A DNA stretch of 19,162 nt from Candidatus Methylomirabilia bacterium (GCA_046758965.1 JBHIBG010000049.1:1-19162); one strand, 5' to 3'; positions 1 to 8,103 are shown, counted from the stretch's first letter. Made by a program: numbers and translations. Notes: a model not told the origin generated them from the letters alone.

Positions 1-1069
1 CGTGCCCGATCATCGATTTAGTCGAGCTGGCCGGGATCGCGTAGGCCTGCTCGCCAAAGACCTTCTTGATCGCGGCGGTCTCCACCCGGTCGTTCATCAG
101 GGTGGCGGTGCCGTGGGCGTTGATGTGATCCACCGTCTCGGGACTCACCCCGGCATCCTCGAGGGCGCGAGTCATGGCTTGGACCGCCCCCCGACCGTCC
201 GGGGCCTCGTCAGTCACCCGGTAAGCGTCGCAGGAGGTCCCGTAGCCGGCCAGCTCGGCCAGGATCGGAGCACGGCGAGCCAGGGCGCGGTCCTCCCGCT
301 CCAGAATCAGGACCCCGGCCCCTTCTCCCATCACGAAGCCGTCGCGCTGAGCGTCAAAGGGACGGCTGGCCTCAGCGGGCCGGTCATTCCGGCGGGAGAG
401 CACGCCTAAAAGCCCGAAGAGCTGGAGCTCCAGGGGAGTGGTGAGGCAGTCCACGCCCCCCGCAATTGCCACGTCCACCTCCCCGCGGCGGATCGAGCGG
501 AGAGCCTCGCCAATGGCCTGAGCTGACGAGGTGCAGGCCGTCTGAAGCGTCGTGCACGGCCCGAGCACGCCATACGCGGCGGCTAGGCGGGTGGTGACAT
601 ACTGGGGCAACAGGCGGATCATCTGCTCCCCGCTCTGGCGGGAGCAGTATTCACGAATGTAGGCGGCGACTTCCACGGAGCCGTGGCCGTCCCTGGCACG
701 GTAGGCGATCTCGCCCAGGGTACGGAGGTCCACCCGCTCCCCGCCGCTGCCGAAGAACACGCCGGCCCGGGCTCCGCCGAGGTGGCCCATCGCGCCGGCC
801 GCCTCGGCGGCCATGCGGGCGGCAGCGAGGGCAAAGAGCAGGCTCCGCCGCTCATCAAGGCCGAGGCCGAGCCAGGCACGCAGCTCATCCAACGCCGCAT
901 CGTCGCGAACATAGGCCACCACCTGGCTTGGAAGCCCGGTTGGGTCGAAGTGTGTGATCCGAGCGGCGCCTGACACTCCGGCCAAGACCGACTTCCGATA
1001 CTCCTCAAGTCCAATCCCGATGGGAGTAACCACCCCCATACCCGTGATGACGACACGTCCAGGTTGCAT
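1..1069 (-). CDS. fabF: Beta-ketoacyl-ACP synthase II-like (FabF-type) ketosynthase, catalytically intact; 3' end runs off the window
   Basis: Not in the ORF track; translated by hand from ATG at 1069: MQPGRVVITGMGVVTPIGIG...TLQTACTSSAQAIGEA...SRPFDAQRDGFVMGEGAG...INAHGTAT..NDRVE...STKSMIGH. The Cys-His-His triad is present and the frame stays open to position 1. Confidence 0.93.
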   Translation of the reverse strand, partial: MQPGRVVITGMGVVTPIGIGLEEYRKSVLAGVSGAARITHFDPTGLPSQVVAYVRDDAALDELRAWLGLGLDERRSLLFALAAARMAAEAAGAMGHLGGARAGVFFGSGGERVDLRTLGEIAYRARDGHGSVEVAAYIREYCSRQSGEQMIRLLPQYVTTRLAAAYGVLGPCTTLQTACTSSAQAIGEALRSIRRGEVDVAIAGGVDCLTTPLELQLFGLLGVLSRRNDRPAEASRPFDAQRDGFVMGEGAGVLILEREDRALARRAPILAELAGYGTSCDAYRVTDEAPDGRGAVQAMTRALEDAGVSPETVDHINAHGTATLMNDRVETAAIKKVFGEQAYAIPASSTKSMIGH

Positions 1070-1077
1070 TCTCGTCT

Positions 1078-1827
1078 CTAGGCCAGGAGGGAGAAGCCGC
1101 CGTCGATGACGATCACCTGGCCCTGGATCATCTCGGCTTCAGGACGGCAGAGGAAGAGCACGGCGGCGGCCACGTCCTCGGGAGTCAGCAGGCGGCCATT
1201 GGGAGTCCGCTCCTTCACCAGACGGAGGACCTCCTCCCCCTCCGCGAGCCCCCGCCACCCGTCAGTCACGACTGCGCCGGCCGAGACCGCGTTCACCGTG
1301 ATGCCTTGCGGCGCCAATTCAACGGCCAGGTAGCGGGTCAGCGCCTCGAGGGCAGCCTTGGAAACGCCCACCGCCGTATAGTTGGGGATCACGCGGCCCG
1401 CCCCAAGGCTTGACACCGACACGATGCGCCCTCCCGCGCTCATGAGCGGCGCCGCGGCCTGGGCGCAAAGCAGGAGCGGGCGGACATTGGTGTCCATGGT
1501 CCAGTCCCAGTGCTTGGGGCTGAGGGAGATCGCCGGACGAAATACCCCTGAGGCGGCATTGTTCACCAGGAACTCCAGGCGGCCGAAGTAACTCCTCACC
1601 GCCTCAAAGATTCGCGGGATCTGCTCGGGGTCTTTCAGATCCGCCTGGACGGCATAACCCTTGACGCCTCGCTTGATGATCTCCGCGCAGGAGGCTTCGG
1701 CTTCGGCCGTGTTCAGGTAGTAGTTCACCACGACATGGGCGCCGGCCTCGGCGAAAGCCAGCGCGATAGCCCTGCCGATTCCCCGGGAGCCACCGGTGAT
1801 GACGGCTACCCGACCCTCAAAGGACAT
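1078..1827 (-). CDS. fabL: SDR-family enoyl-ACP reductase, FabL-like
   Basis: TGGSRGIG Rossmann motif. NNAASGVFRP and NYTAVGVSKAALEALTRYLAVELAP closely resemble Bacillus FabL. Catalytic spacing is Y-x6-K, not the Y-x3-K of FabG. Confidence 0.85.
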   Translation of the reverse strand: MSFEGRVAVITGGSRGIGRAIALAFAEAGAHVVVNYYLNTAEAEASCAEIIKRGVKGYAVQADLKDPEQIPRIFEAVRSYFGRLEFLVNNAASGVFRPAISLSPKHWDWTMDTNVRPLLLCAQAAAPLMSAGGRIVSVSSLGAGRVIPNYTAVGVSKAALEALTRYLAVELAPQGITVNAVSAGAVVTDGWRGLAEGEEVLRLVKERTPNGRLLTPEDVAAAVLFLCRPEAEMIQGQVIVIDGGFSLLA

Positions 1828-2347
1828 GGCGATCAGCGCCCCTCACCGTTCCCTCTCCGCCGGCGGGGGAGAGGGGGGTCCCGAACAGGGGAACGGGATC
1901 AGCGGTGAGGAGGGAGTAGAAGGCTTGGAGCCGCCGACAGCACTCGGCAGCCTGCGGGTCTTCCGCGGCGTCCTTCAGATCAAACTCAAGCTGGGCGTCG
2001 GCGATCGTCTGCGCCTCAGAGTCTGCCGTGGCCTGAACCCTCGCTTCGGTCTCGGTGAAAAGAGTCAGGGTGACGCGGAGGAGCAGCCGGTCTCCCGGGC
2101 TCACAAGGCCCCGGAAGCTCGCCCGGGGAACCCGCCGGAGCGTCGCGGCGCGCGTAAATTCACTGCTGAGCCCCACCAGGAGATGGGAAGCCTGCTCCAA
2201 GCCCTCTACAATTATCGAGGCCGGCATCACCGGACAGTCCGGAAAGTGATCAGCGAAGTAGTCTTCGCTCAGCGCGACGCACTTGGTTGCCACTAGCCTT
2301 TTACCCCTTTCCACTTCGAGAAGCCGGTCAACGAGCAGAAACCTCAC
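1817..2347 (-). CDS. FabZ/FabA-family 3-hydroxyacyl-ACP dehydratase with a C-terminal extension
   Basis: FLLVDR...EDYFADHFPDCPVMPASIIVEGLEQ retains the catalytic His (HFP) and Glu. GTG start with AGGAG RBS; overlaps the next gene by 11 nt. Confidence 0.88.
   Translation of the reverse strand: MRFLLVDRLLEVERGKRLVATKCVALSEDYFADHFPDCPVMPASIIVEGLEQASHLLVGLSSEFTRAATLRRVPRASFRGLVSPGDRLLLRVTLTLFTETEARVQATADSEAQTIADAQLEFDLKDAAEDPQAAECCRRLQAFYSLLTADPVPLFGTPLSPAGGEGTVRGADRHVL
1839..1878. repeat. REP-like palindrome inside the 3' end of the fabZ-like gene
   Basis: CCCCTCACCGTTCCCTCTCC-GCCGGCGGG-GGAGAGGG; encodes PLSPAGGEGTVRG. Confidence 0.8.
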
Positions 2348-2358
2348 CCCGGCAACTC

Positions 2359-2967
2359 CTACTGGTTAAGGGAAGGAGCGGGCTGGACCCCCATCCGCGC
2401 CCCAATGAAGTTGGTGAGGGCCTCCACGGTCAGCGCCTGGAGCAGGGTCTCCGTAATCTTCGAGGAGGTGAGATGCTGAAGCATCAGGTTGGCGATCACC
2501 TGGCCATTACTCGCCGCCAGCTCCATTCCTCCCGCCTCGATCCGGTCGATCAGCTTGCGGGCCAAGGCCTCCGCGATCTGCACCGCGTCCCCATCGCCGA
2601 CCTTCGCGCCGTGCCGCTGGGCCAGATTCTGAAGCACCGCGGGGAGGCCCATCGAGCGGAAGCCCTTGATCTCCTCGGACTTCAGGGTCACTCCATAGCG
2701 TGCCTCCAACAGGGTCTTGACATCGTCGAGGTTCCGCCAGCTCAAGATTGCGTCCTGGACCGCCGGCATGGGAAGGTCCACTCCAAAGGCCTGCTTGATC
2801 TGGAACCCGATGTCTAGGAAGTCGATGGATTCCGCCCCGAGATCGTTGACCACCGAGGCCTCAGGACGGACCTCCTCTGCCTTGACTCCTAACGCATCGA
2901 TCAGGAGCTGCCGCAATGCCTCAAAGATCTTCTCCCTCGTCCAGCCCGCCTGTCCGGTGCTCTCCAT
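2359..2967 (-). CDS. Acyl carrier protein with a large internal insertion (202 aa)
   Basis: DLGAES47IDFLDI phosphopantetheine-site motif followed by IKQAFGVDLP. The helix-IV-like LTVEALTNFI appears only at residue ~179. GGAGGG RBS. Confidence 0.85.
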   Translation of the reverse strand: MESTGQAGWTREKIFEALRQLLIDALGVKAEEVRPEASVVNDLGAESIDFLDIGFQIKQAFGVDLPMPAVQDAILSWRNLDDVKTLLEARYGVTLKSEEIKGFRSMGLPAVLQNLAQRHGAKVGDGDAVQIAEALARKLIDRIEAGGMELAASNGQVIANLMLQHLTSSKITETLLQALTVEALTNFIGARMGVQPAPSLNQ

Positions 2968-2991
2968 GAACCCTCCCCCGACTCCGGTGGT

Positions 2992-4299
2992 TCAGTCCTG
3001 TCCACGTCCAACCACGAGGCTCGCGCTCTCTCCGAAGAGGCCGATCCCGTTTACCATGGCGCGGCGCATCATGGGCTCTATCCTCGGTTGGTTCGGCACG
3101 TAGTCCAGATCGCACAAGGGGTCTGGGTGCCGGGAGTGAAGAGTCGGCGGGATGATGCCCTGCTCGAGCGAGCGGAGACACGTGATGAGCTCCACGGGAC
3201 CGGCGGCGGACATGAGGTGGCCATGCAGGGCCTTGGGGGCCGTCAGCGGGATCTTGTCAGCCCGGCTTCCGAACAGCGCTCTGACCGCGATGCTCTCAGC
3301 CTGGTCTCGCTCCCGAGTCCCGTCCCCGTTGGCAAAGATCACGTCCACCTCAGAGATCTCCGCGACGTCCAAAGCCCGGGCCATGGCCAACTCCAGACGC
3401 CGGGCAATACCATCCACATCGGGCGTTTCGTAGAGGGAGTCGTCTCCGCCGACCACCCCGCTCCCCAGCAGCTCACCCAACACTCTCGCCGACCTGGCTC
3501 GGGCATGCTCGAGCTCCTCGAGCACCACGATCCCGGCGCCCTCTCCGAGGACGGTCCCACGACGCCGGGCGTCGAAAGGAGCGCACGCTTCCTCCGGGGC
3601 TCCCCCATCCTGTGCCAGGAAGCCGAGCGTACACAAGTTCATGAAGATCATCTCGTCCAGTGGGGCCTCGGCCCCTCCGGCCAGCGCCATGTCAATCAGG
3701 CCTTCACGAATGGCCCAGGCGGCCTGAGCAATGGCCTGGAGCCCCCCCGTCGGCGCGTCGGCCACGACGCGACAGATTCCCTGGGCATTGTGGGCGATGG
3801 CCAGATGCCCCGCGGAGAGGTTGGGGATGGTCTTGAGCGAATAGTCGATGGGGTTGACGGTCGTCATGCAGTAGGCGTTGGCCTTGGCCAGGTCCAGCCG
3901 TCCGGGCTCTGGCTCGGACTCGGAAGCTCCAAGGAGCTGGAGGAACGGAGAGAGGTCCAAGGCGGTGAAGAAGGTCCCGAGAAAGGTCCCGAACCGCGTC
4001 GGGTCCACGCTTGAGGGGTCGAGGCTGGCTTCCTCGGCGGCGAGGGAGCCAGCCAGCATCGCAAAGCAGGTCATCCGGTTGCACAGCTTGAGCTGCTTCC
4101 GGGAGAAGCGGCCGAGGGGCACCGCAAGAGCCTCGTCTGCAATCTCAGCCGCGAGCGCCACGGGAAGCCCGTGAGCCGCCAGGCGAGGGCTCAGCTTGAT
4201 GGCTGAGCGGCCCGCGAGGCCTGCCGCCCAGTGCGCATCCAGGCCGATGCCAAGGGGGGAGACAACGCCTCTGCCCGTGACGACCACGCGGCGGCTCAC
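2992..4299 (-). CDS. Ketosynthase-fold protein lacking the catalytic Cys (chain-length-factor-like)
   Basis: SRRVVVTGRGVVSPLG, PFDARRRGTVLGEGAG and KALHGHLMSAAG are KS motifs. The Cys site reads DAPTGG and the first His site reads FANGDGT. The GTG at 4299 overlaps the upstream TGA (GTGA), so it is preferred over the ATG at 4317. Confidence 0.87.
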   Translation of the reverse strand: MSRRVVVTGRGVVSPLGIGLDAHWAAGLAGRSAIKLSPRLAAHGLPVALAAEIADEALAVPLGRFSRKQLKLCNRMTCFAMLAGSLAAEEASLDPSSVDPTRFGTFLGTFFTALDLSPFLQLLGASESEPEPGRLDLAKANAYCMTTVNPIDYSLKTIPNLSAGHLAIAHNAQGICRVVADAPTGGLQAIAQAAWAIREGLIDMALAGGAEAPLDEMIFMNLCTLGFLAQDGGAPEEACAPFDARRRGTVLGEGAGIVVLEELEHARARSARVLGELLGSGVVGGDDSLYETPDVDGIARRLELAMARALDVAEISEVDVIFANGDGTRERDQAESIAVRALFGSRADKIPLTAPKALHGHLMSAAGPVELITCLRSLEQGIIPPTLHSRHPDPLCDLDYVPNQPRIEPMMRRAMVNGIGLFGESASLVVGRGQD

Positions 4300-4730
4300 C
4301 TGATCATCCTCTCCCATGCCATGCCCCGGCTGTCAGCCTGGAAGACAAGGAAGAAGAGCCGGGCTGTGGCGACAGGCCTCCCGTCCACCGAGGCCTCCCC
4401 GAAAGCCCAGATCGTGGCCGTGCTCTCCGGGTCCCCGTGAACCCCTAAGAGCTCCGACTGGGCAGTAAGCCGCTCGCTTGCACGAAGAGGTTCTTGGAAC
4501 TGAACCTCCTCGACCCTGATTGGCAGGACCCCCCGGCCCCGGTAGGTAGCCCGGATCAGGCATCCTGCTGACTGGGCCAGGCACTCGAGCACGAGCGAGG
4601 GCGGCACCCCCGCCGGCCTGAACGGTCCATCCAGATACGGGCCAGATGTGGGGATCACCGTGAAGGTGGCAATCTTGCCTCGCTCCCCGGGTTCCAAAAA
4701 GAGGATCTCGTCCACGAAGCTGAAGCTCAC
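4296..4730 (-). CDS. FabZ-like hotdog-fold protein lacking the catalytic His
   Basis: From GTG 4730 (GTGA overlap with the acpS stop): MSFSFVDEILFLEPGERG...LDGPFRPAGVPPSLVLECLAQSAG...ASVDGRPVATA. The ORF-track start at 4904 lies inside acpS. Confidence 0.8.
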   Translation of the reverse strand: MSFSFVDEILFLEPGERGKIATFTVIPTSGPYLDGPFRPAGVPPSLVLECLAQSAGCLIRATYRGRGVLPIRVEEVQFQEPLRASERLTAQSELLGVHGDPESTATIWAFGEASVDGRPVATARLFFLVFQADSRGMAWERMIR

Positions 4731-5212
4731 CGGGCCACTCCGTCGTTCAGGAGGAGGACCACGGCGATGGCGACGTGGGCCGAGTGGGACAGCGAGAGAG
4801 AGGAGCCCGCGAGACCCTGAGACCCTGCAATCTCCGCCGCCGCCCCATGCAAGGCAAGCCGCGGGGCGCCTGACAGCTCCTTGGTCACCTCGATATCTTT
4901 CCACGCGAGGCTGGCCGTCAGCCCGGTGCCCAATGCCTTGAGAGTCGCCTCTTTGGCTGCGAAGCGGGCGGCCAGGTGCGGATACATCGGACGTCTGGCC
5001 CGGGAATAGTTGAGCTCCTCTTCGGTGAAGATGGAGGCCAGGAGGTCAGGTCGAGCCTCGAACACGCGGCGGACCTTGGCAATCTCCACCAGGTCGGTCC
5101 CGACCCGGACTCTCGTCGAGGGCCGGCTCTCTTCCTGTCTTCCTGGAATGCTGAAAGTTCTGAGCGTCAGCCGGCCGAGAGGCGTCGGGAGAGTACCGGC
5201 AGATCCCATCAC
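4727..5212 (-). CDS. acpS: Holo-ACP synthase (AcpS-type phosphopantetheinyl transferase)
   Basis: VGTDLVEI...IFTEEE...HLAARFAAKEATLKALGTG...WKDIEV...SLSLSHS. Start is uncertain (5212 or 5209), leaving a ~30-aa N-terminal extension. Confidence 0.92.
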   Translation of the reverse strand: MMGSAGTLPTPLGRLTLRTFSIPGRQEESRPSTRVRVGTDLVEIAKVRRVFEARPDLLASIFTEEELNYSRARRPMYPHLAARFAAKEATLKALGTGLTASLAWKDIEVTKELSGAPRLALHGAAAEIAGSQGLAGSSLSLSHSAHVAIAVVLLLNDGVAR

Positions 5213-5219
5213 TCTGTTC

Positions 5220-6677
5220 TTAGCGGGGCAAGACGGTGCCGACTTCTGAAGCCCAGCGGCTTGGCTCAGGCTGCCACCGCTCGTCCACCAGCCTCAGGAG
5301 CTTGTGATCAGTGCGAAGAGTTCCTCGAAGCAGGAAGAGGAACTCCAGATCAACCAGCCGCTGGCAGTAGGCCTGCCAGCTTGTGGGTTGCTGCCGTTGA
5401 AGCGCCCCGAGGATCCGGTGGATCACCTCGGCCCGCTCAACCGAGCCGTCAAGGCACTCGAGCCTGAACTGGAACGTAGGCCTGAGCCCCCGCTCCACAA
5501 GCCCGACCTGCCACTCAGGGCCGAGCCCGGGGATCCCGGCAAGCAGATCCTCGAAGAGCTCGGGGTGAACATTCCCCCACGCGCATGCCACCAGCTCGTC
5601 GGTGCGCCCCCTGAGGAGGGACAACCGCCGGAACGGGAACCCGCACCGGCAGGGGCCATCCACGAGCTTGGCGACGTCCCCGGTGCGATACCGGATCAGC
5701 GGCATCACTGTGCGGCCTGTCGTGGTGAAGACGATCTCGCCATAGCCGTCGGCATCGGGCTCTGGAACCTCCACAAAGAAGTCGAACTCGTTGAGGTGGT
5801 AGCCGTCCTGCTCGAGGCACTCGAACCCGAGCAGGGTAGCCGTCTCCGTGCTCGAGTAGGTCATATAGAGGGGCGCCTCCCAGAACTCCTCGATCTCCGA
5901 TCGAGTGCGCGCCGTGATCCCTTCCCCGCCCCCGATCAGAAGCTTCAGTGGGACGGGACGGCCCCTTTCCCTGGCAACCTCGGTGAGGCGGGAGAGCCAG
6001 AACGGATCGCTGATCACCACGTTAAAGCCGTAGAACGCCATCCGCTCGTAGACCTCTTCAGGGGCGACCCGGCCCACTGCCATGCCGAAGCTACGCCAGT
6101 ATGGGAAGCCCTTGAGGGCCAGGAGGCCGCCCAGGCCAAAGCCCAGATCGAGGGTGGAGACCACCCGGTCAGCCGCTGTCAGGCCGTAGACCGCGCTCAG
6201 GACTGCCGCCTGACGGGCGTTGTAGTCGAGCTCTCTCTGGCTCAGGAAGATCCGTGTCACCTGCCCTGTGGTCCCCGAGCTCTCAATGGCCAGTTCGGGC
6301 TCAGCACAGAAGAAGTCGGCCGGCGGGGTGCCCTTGAGATCCGCGCTGCTGAGAAAGAACTCCCCGAGGTCTTCGGGACTCCGGACCCGCTTGATGTCGA
6401 TCCCGTGCCGCGCGAACGCTCTCCGGTAGAAAGCCGAGCGCGACGCGGCCAGGCGCAGGGTCCGCCTGAAGGCCGCCCGGCGGAGGCCCGAGAGGAGCGG
6501 GCGCGGAAGGATCCGGATGAAGATCAGAAGCCGTCCGGGAGACGAGCCCAGAAGCTTGAGCGTGAGCCCTGAGAGGGTTCTGACGAACTGCGTGCTCGGG
6601 GCAGAGCGCTTTCGGCTAGGCTCGCGCTGCCACGAGATCGTGGATCTTGGCGAAGACCTTGTCGAAGGCATCGGCAT
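5220..6677 (-). CDS. Phenylacetate-CoA ligase (PaaK)-like adenylate-forming enzyme
   Basis: SAFYR, ESSGTTG, YSSTE, GEIVFT, PLIRYRTGD and GRTDE motifs. Start is uncertain; the ATGs at 6677/6671 overlap the upstream gene by ~60 nt. Confidence 0.85.
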   Translation of the reverse strand: MPMPSTRSSPRSTISWQREPSRKRSAPSTQFVRTLSGLTLKLLGSSPGRLLIFIRILPRPLLSGLRRAAFRRTLRLAASRSAFYRRAFARHGIDIKRVRSPEDLGEFFLSSADLKGTPPADFFCAEPELAIESSGTTGQVTRIFLSQRELDYNARQAAVLSAVYGLTAADRVVSTLDLGFGLGGLLALKGFPYWRSFGMAVGRVAPEEVYERMAFYGFNVVISDPFWLSRLTEVARERGRPVPLKLLIGGGEGITARTRSEIEEFWEAPLYMTYSSTETATLLGFECLEQDGYHLNEFDFFVEVPEPDADGYGEIVFTTTGRTVMPLIRYRTGDVAKLVDGPCRCGFPFRRLSLLRGRTDELVACAWGNVHPELFEDLLAGIPGLGPEWQVGLVERGLRPTFQFRLECLDGSVERAEVIHRILGALQRQQPTSWQAYCQRLVDLEFLFLLRGTLRTDHKLLRLVDERWQPEPSRWASEVGTVLPR

Positions 6678-7872
6678 AGTAGTCGATCAACTCAGGCGGT
6701 TGGCAGAAGAGGGGGAAGGACTGAGAGCCGATGATGAGCGAGCTGTCGAGGAGCCGCCGGGTCTCCGGATAGTCAGCGGGGTAGTAGTGTTTGAAGAGGG
6801 GATGAGCGGGCAGCGCGTGTGTCTGCCACAGGACCACCTCCACCCCTTCAGCCCGGAGCGCATCGAGAACCAGATCCCGAAAGGCCACAGGCGCGAGATC
6901 AAGCCCGAGCTGCTCGGGATGGAGCCGGAGGCGGTACTTGTGGAAGACATGAGTCCTGTCGGAGGGGATAACCGGCGGTCGAAGACCGGGGAGCGTAGCA
7001 AGCCGATCTGAAAGAGCGCGGGCGTTAGCCTGCCCACAGCCGTTCACCTGATCCAGGCGTGCAAGTCCGGATCGGGCCAAAGCCGCAGACATCTCGGTCG
7101 GCAGGTACATCCATCCCACGGTTCGAGCAAGGGCATGGTGAGAACTGTCCAGGGGAGACTCCGGGTTCCAGCTCCCGGTGGGATCGCTGTCCAGCCCGTG
7201 ACTGCGAGCCAGGGCAGCCCGGTCCCGGTAGGTCTGGCTGTTGGTCACGAGAAGCCCCCCTTCTCCAGCGGGGAGGTTCTTCGTGGCATTGAGGCTAAAG
7301 GCCCCCAGCTCGCCGAGGGTTCCAACCTTCCGGCCGCGATACTCGGCCCCGTGGGCCTGAGCCGCATCCTCGATCACCGCAAGGCCATGCCGGGAGGCAA
7401 GGGCCAGGATCTCAGCCATGTCAGCCGGGAGGCCATGGAGGTGAACCGGCACGATGGCCCTGGTCCTTGGAGTGATCCGTTCTTCAATCTTGGCGGGGTC
7501 GACGGTAAACGTCCTGGGATCGATATCGACAAAGACAGGGACAGCATTCTGATGGAACACGGCCTGGGCTGTCGCGACGAAGCTCAGGGCCGGGACAATG
7601 ACCTCGTCCCCCGGACCCACACCGGCCGCGGCCAGCGCCAGATGAAGCGCCGCGGTCCCGCTGTTCGTCGCCAGGCAGAAGCGGGCGCCCACATAGGCGG
7701 CGAACTCGCGCTCGAGCGCTGTCAGCTCCGGCGCCCCCGCTCCGCACAGCACCCCCCACTCGATGACCCGCGAGACTGCCGCGCGGTCTCTCTCATCGAG
7801 CACCGGCCAGCGCCGGGCGAGCCCCTTGGGAACCACCGGGGCGCCACCCAACAGAGCTAGCTGTTTATCCAA
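6616..7872 (-). CDS. DegT/DnrJ/EryC1/StrS family PLP-dependent aminotransferase
   Basis: NSGTAALHLAL, GPGDEVIVP, VHLHG, IEDAAQAHGA, FSLNATKNLPAGEGG (PLP lysine). N-terminal LALLGGAPV..WP segment; TTG start. Confidence 0.93.
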   Translation of the reverse strand: MDKQLALLGGAPVVPKGLARRWPVLDERDRAAVSRVIEWGVLCGAGAPELTALEREFAAYVGARFCLATNSGTAALHLALAAAGVGPGDEVIVPALSFVATAQAVFHQNAVPVFVDIDPRTFTVDPAKIEERITPRTRAIVPVHLHGLPADMAEILALASRHGLAVIEDAAQAHGAEYRGRKVGTLGELGAFSLNATKNLPAGEGGLLVTNSQTYRDRAALARSHGLDSDPTGSWNPESPLDSSHHALARTVGWMYLPTEMSAALARSGLARLDQVNGCGQANARALSDRLATLPGLRPPVIPSDRTHVFHKYRLRLHPEQLGLDLAPVAFRDLVLDALRAEGVEVVLWQTHALPAHPLFKHYYPADYPETRRLLDSSLIIGSQSFPLFCQPPELIDYYADAFDKVFAKIHDLVAARA

Positions 7873-7882
7873 GGCTCAAGGG

Positions 7883-8103
7883 CCCTCCCCTCTCTCCACG
7901 GGGGAGAGGGAAACCAAGTGAGTCCCTCTCCGGTCCCCGGAGAGCGAAACCAGGAGACCCCCTCTCCCTTCCAAGGGGAGCGAAACCAAGAGACCCTCTC
8001 ACGCTTCCACGGAGAGTGAAACGCCCAGACCCCCTCTCCCTTCCACGGAGAACGAAATCAAGAGACTCCCTCTCCCTTCCAGGGAGAGGGGCGGGGTGAG
8101 GGT
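7883..8103. repeat. Tandem array of six 36-nt REP-like hairpin units
   Basis: GAAA(C/T) recurs at 7910, 7946, 7982, 8018 and 8054, an exact 36-nt period. Unit consensus is approximately CCCCTCTCCCTTCCACGGAGAGCGAAACCAAGAGAC; the last unit ends GGGAGAGGGGCGGGGTGAGGG. Confidence 0.92.

Noticed and set aside
619..1056. 145-aa minus-strand ORF in the track
   Set aside because: It is the wrong frame; the real gene here is the ketosynthase starting at 1069.
4731..4904. N-terminal extension of the FabZ-like ORF 4296-4904
   Set aside because: It overlaps acpS out of frame; FabZ similarity starts at the coupled GTG at 4730.
2..7860. Long plus-strand ORFs (2-409, 3088-4014, 5304-6572, 7135-7860 and others)
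   Set aside because: They are antisense shadows of well-supported minus-strand genes, expected at high GC, and show no recognisable motifs.
1..7872. Labelling the cluster as aryl polyene, ladderane or housekeeping FAS
   Set aside because: An enoyl reductase argues against aryl polyene, no radical SAM or methyltransferase genes are in the window to support ladderane, and the Cys-less KS, oversized ACP and absence of fabD/fabH/plsX argue against primary FAS. The cluster is truncated, so this is provisional.
7883..8103. CRISPR array (36-nt period, GAAAC motifs, hairpins)
   Set aside because: Units abut with no unique spacers, are degenerate along their length and match the dispersed REP family; no cas genes are in the window.
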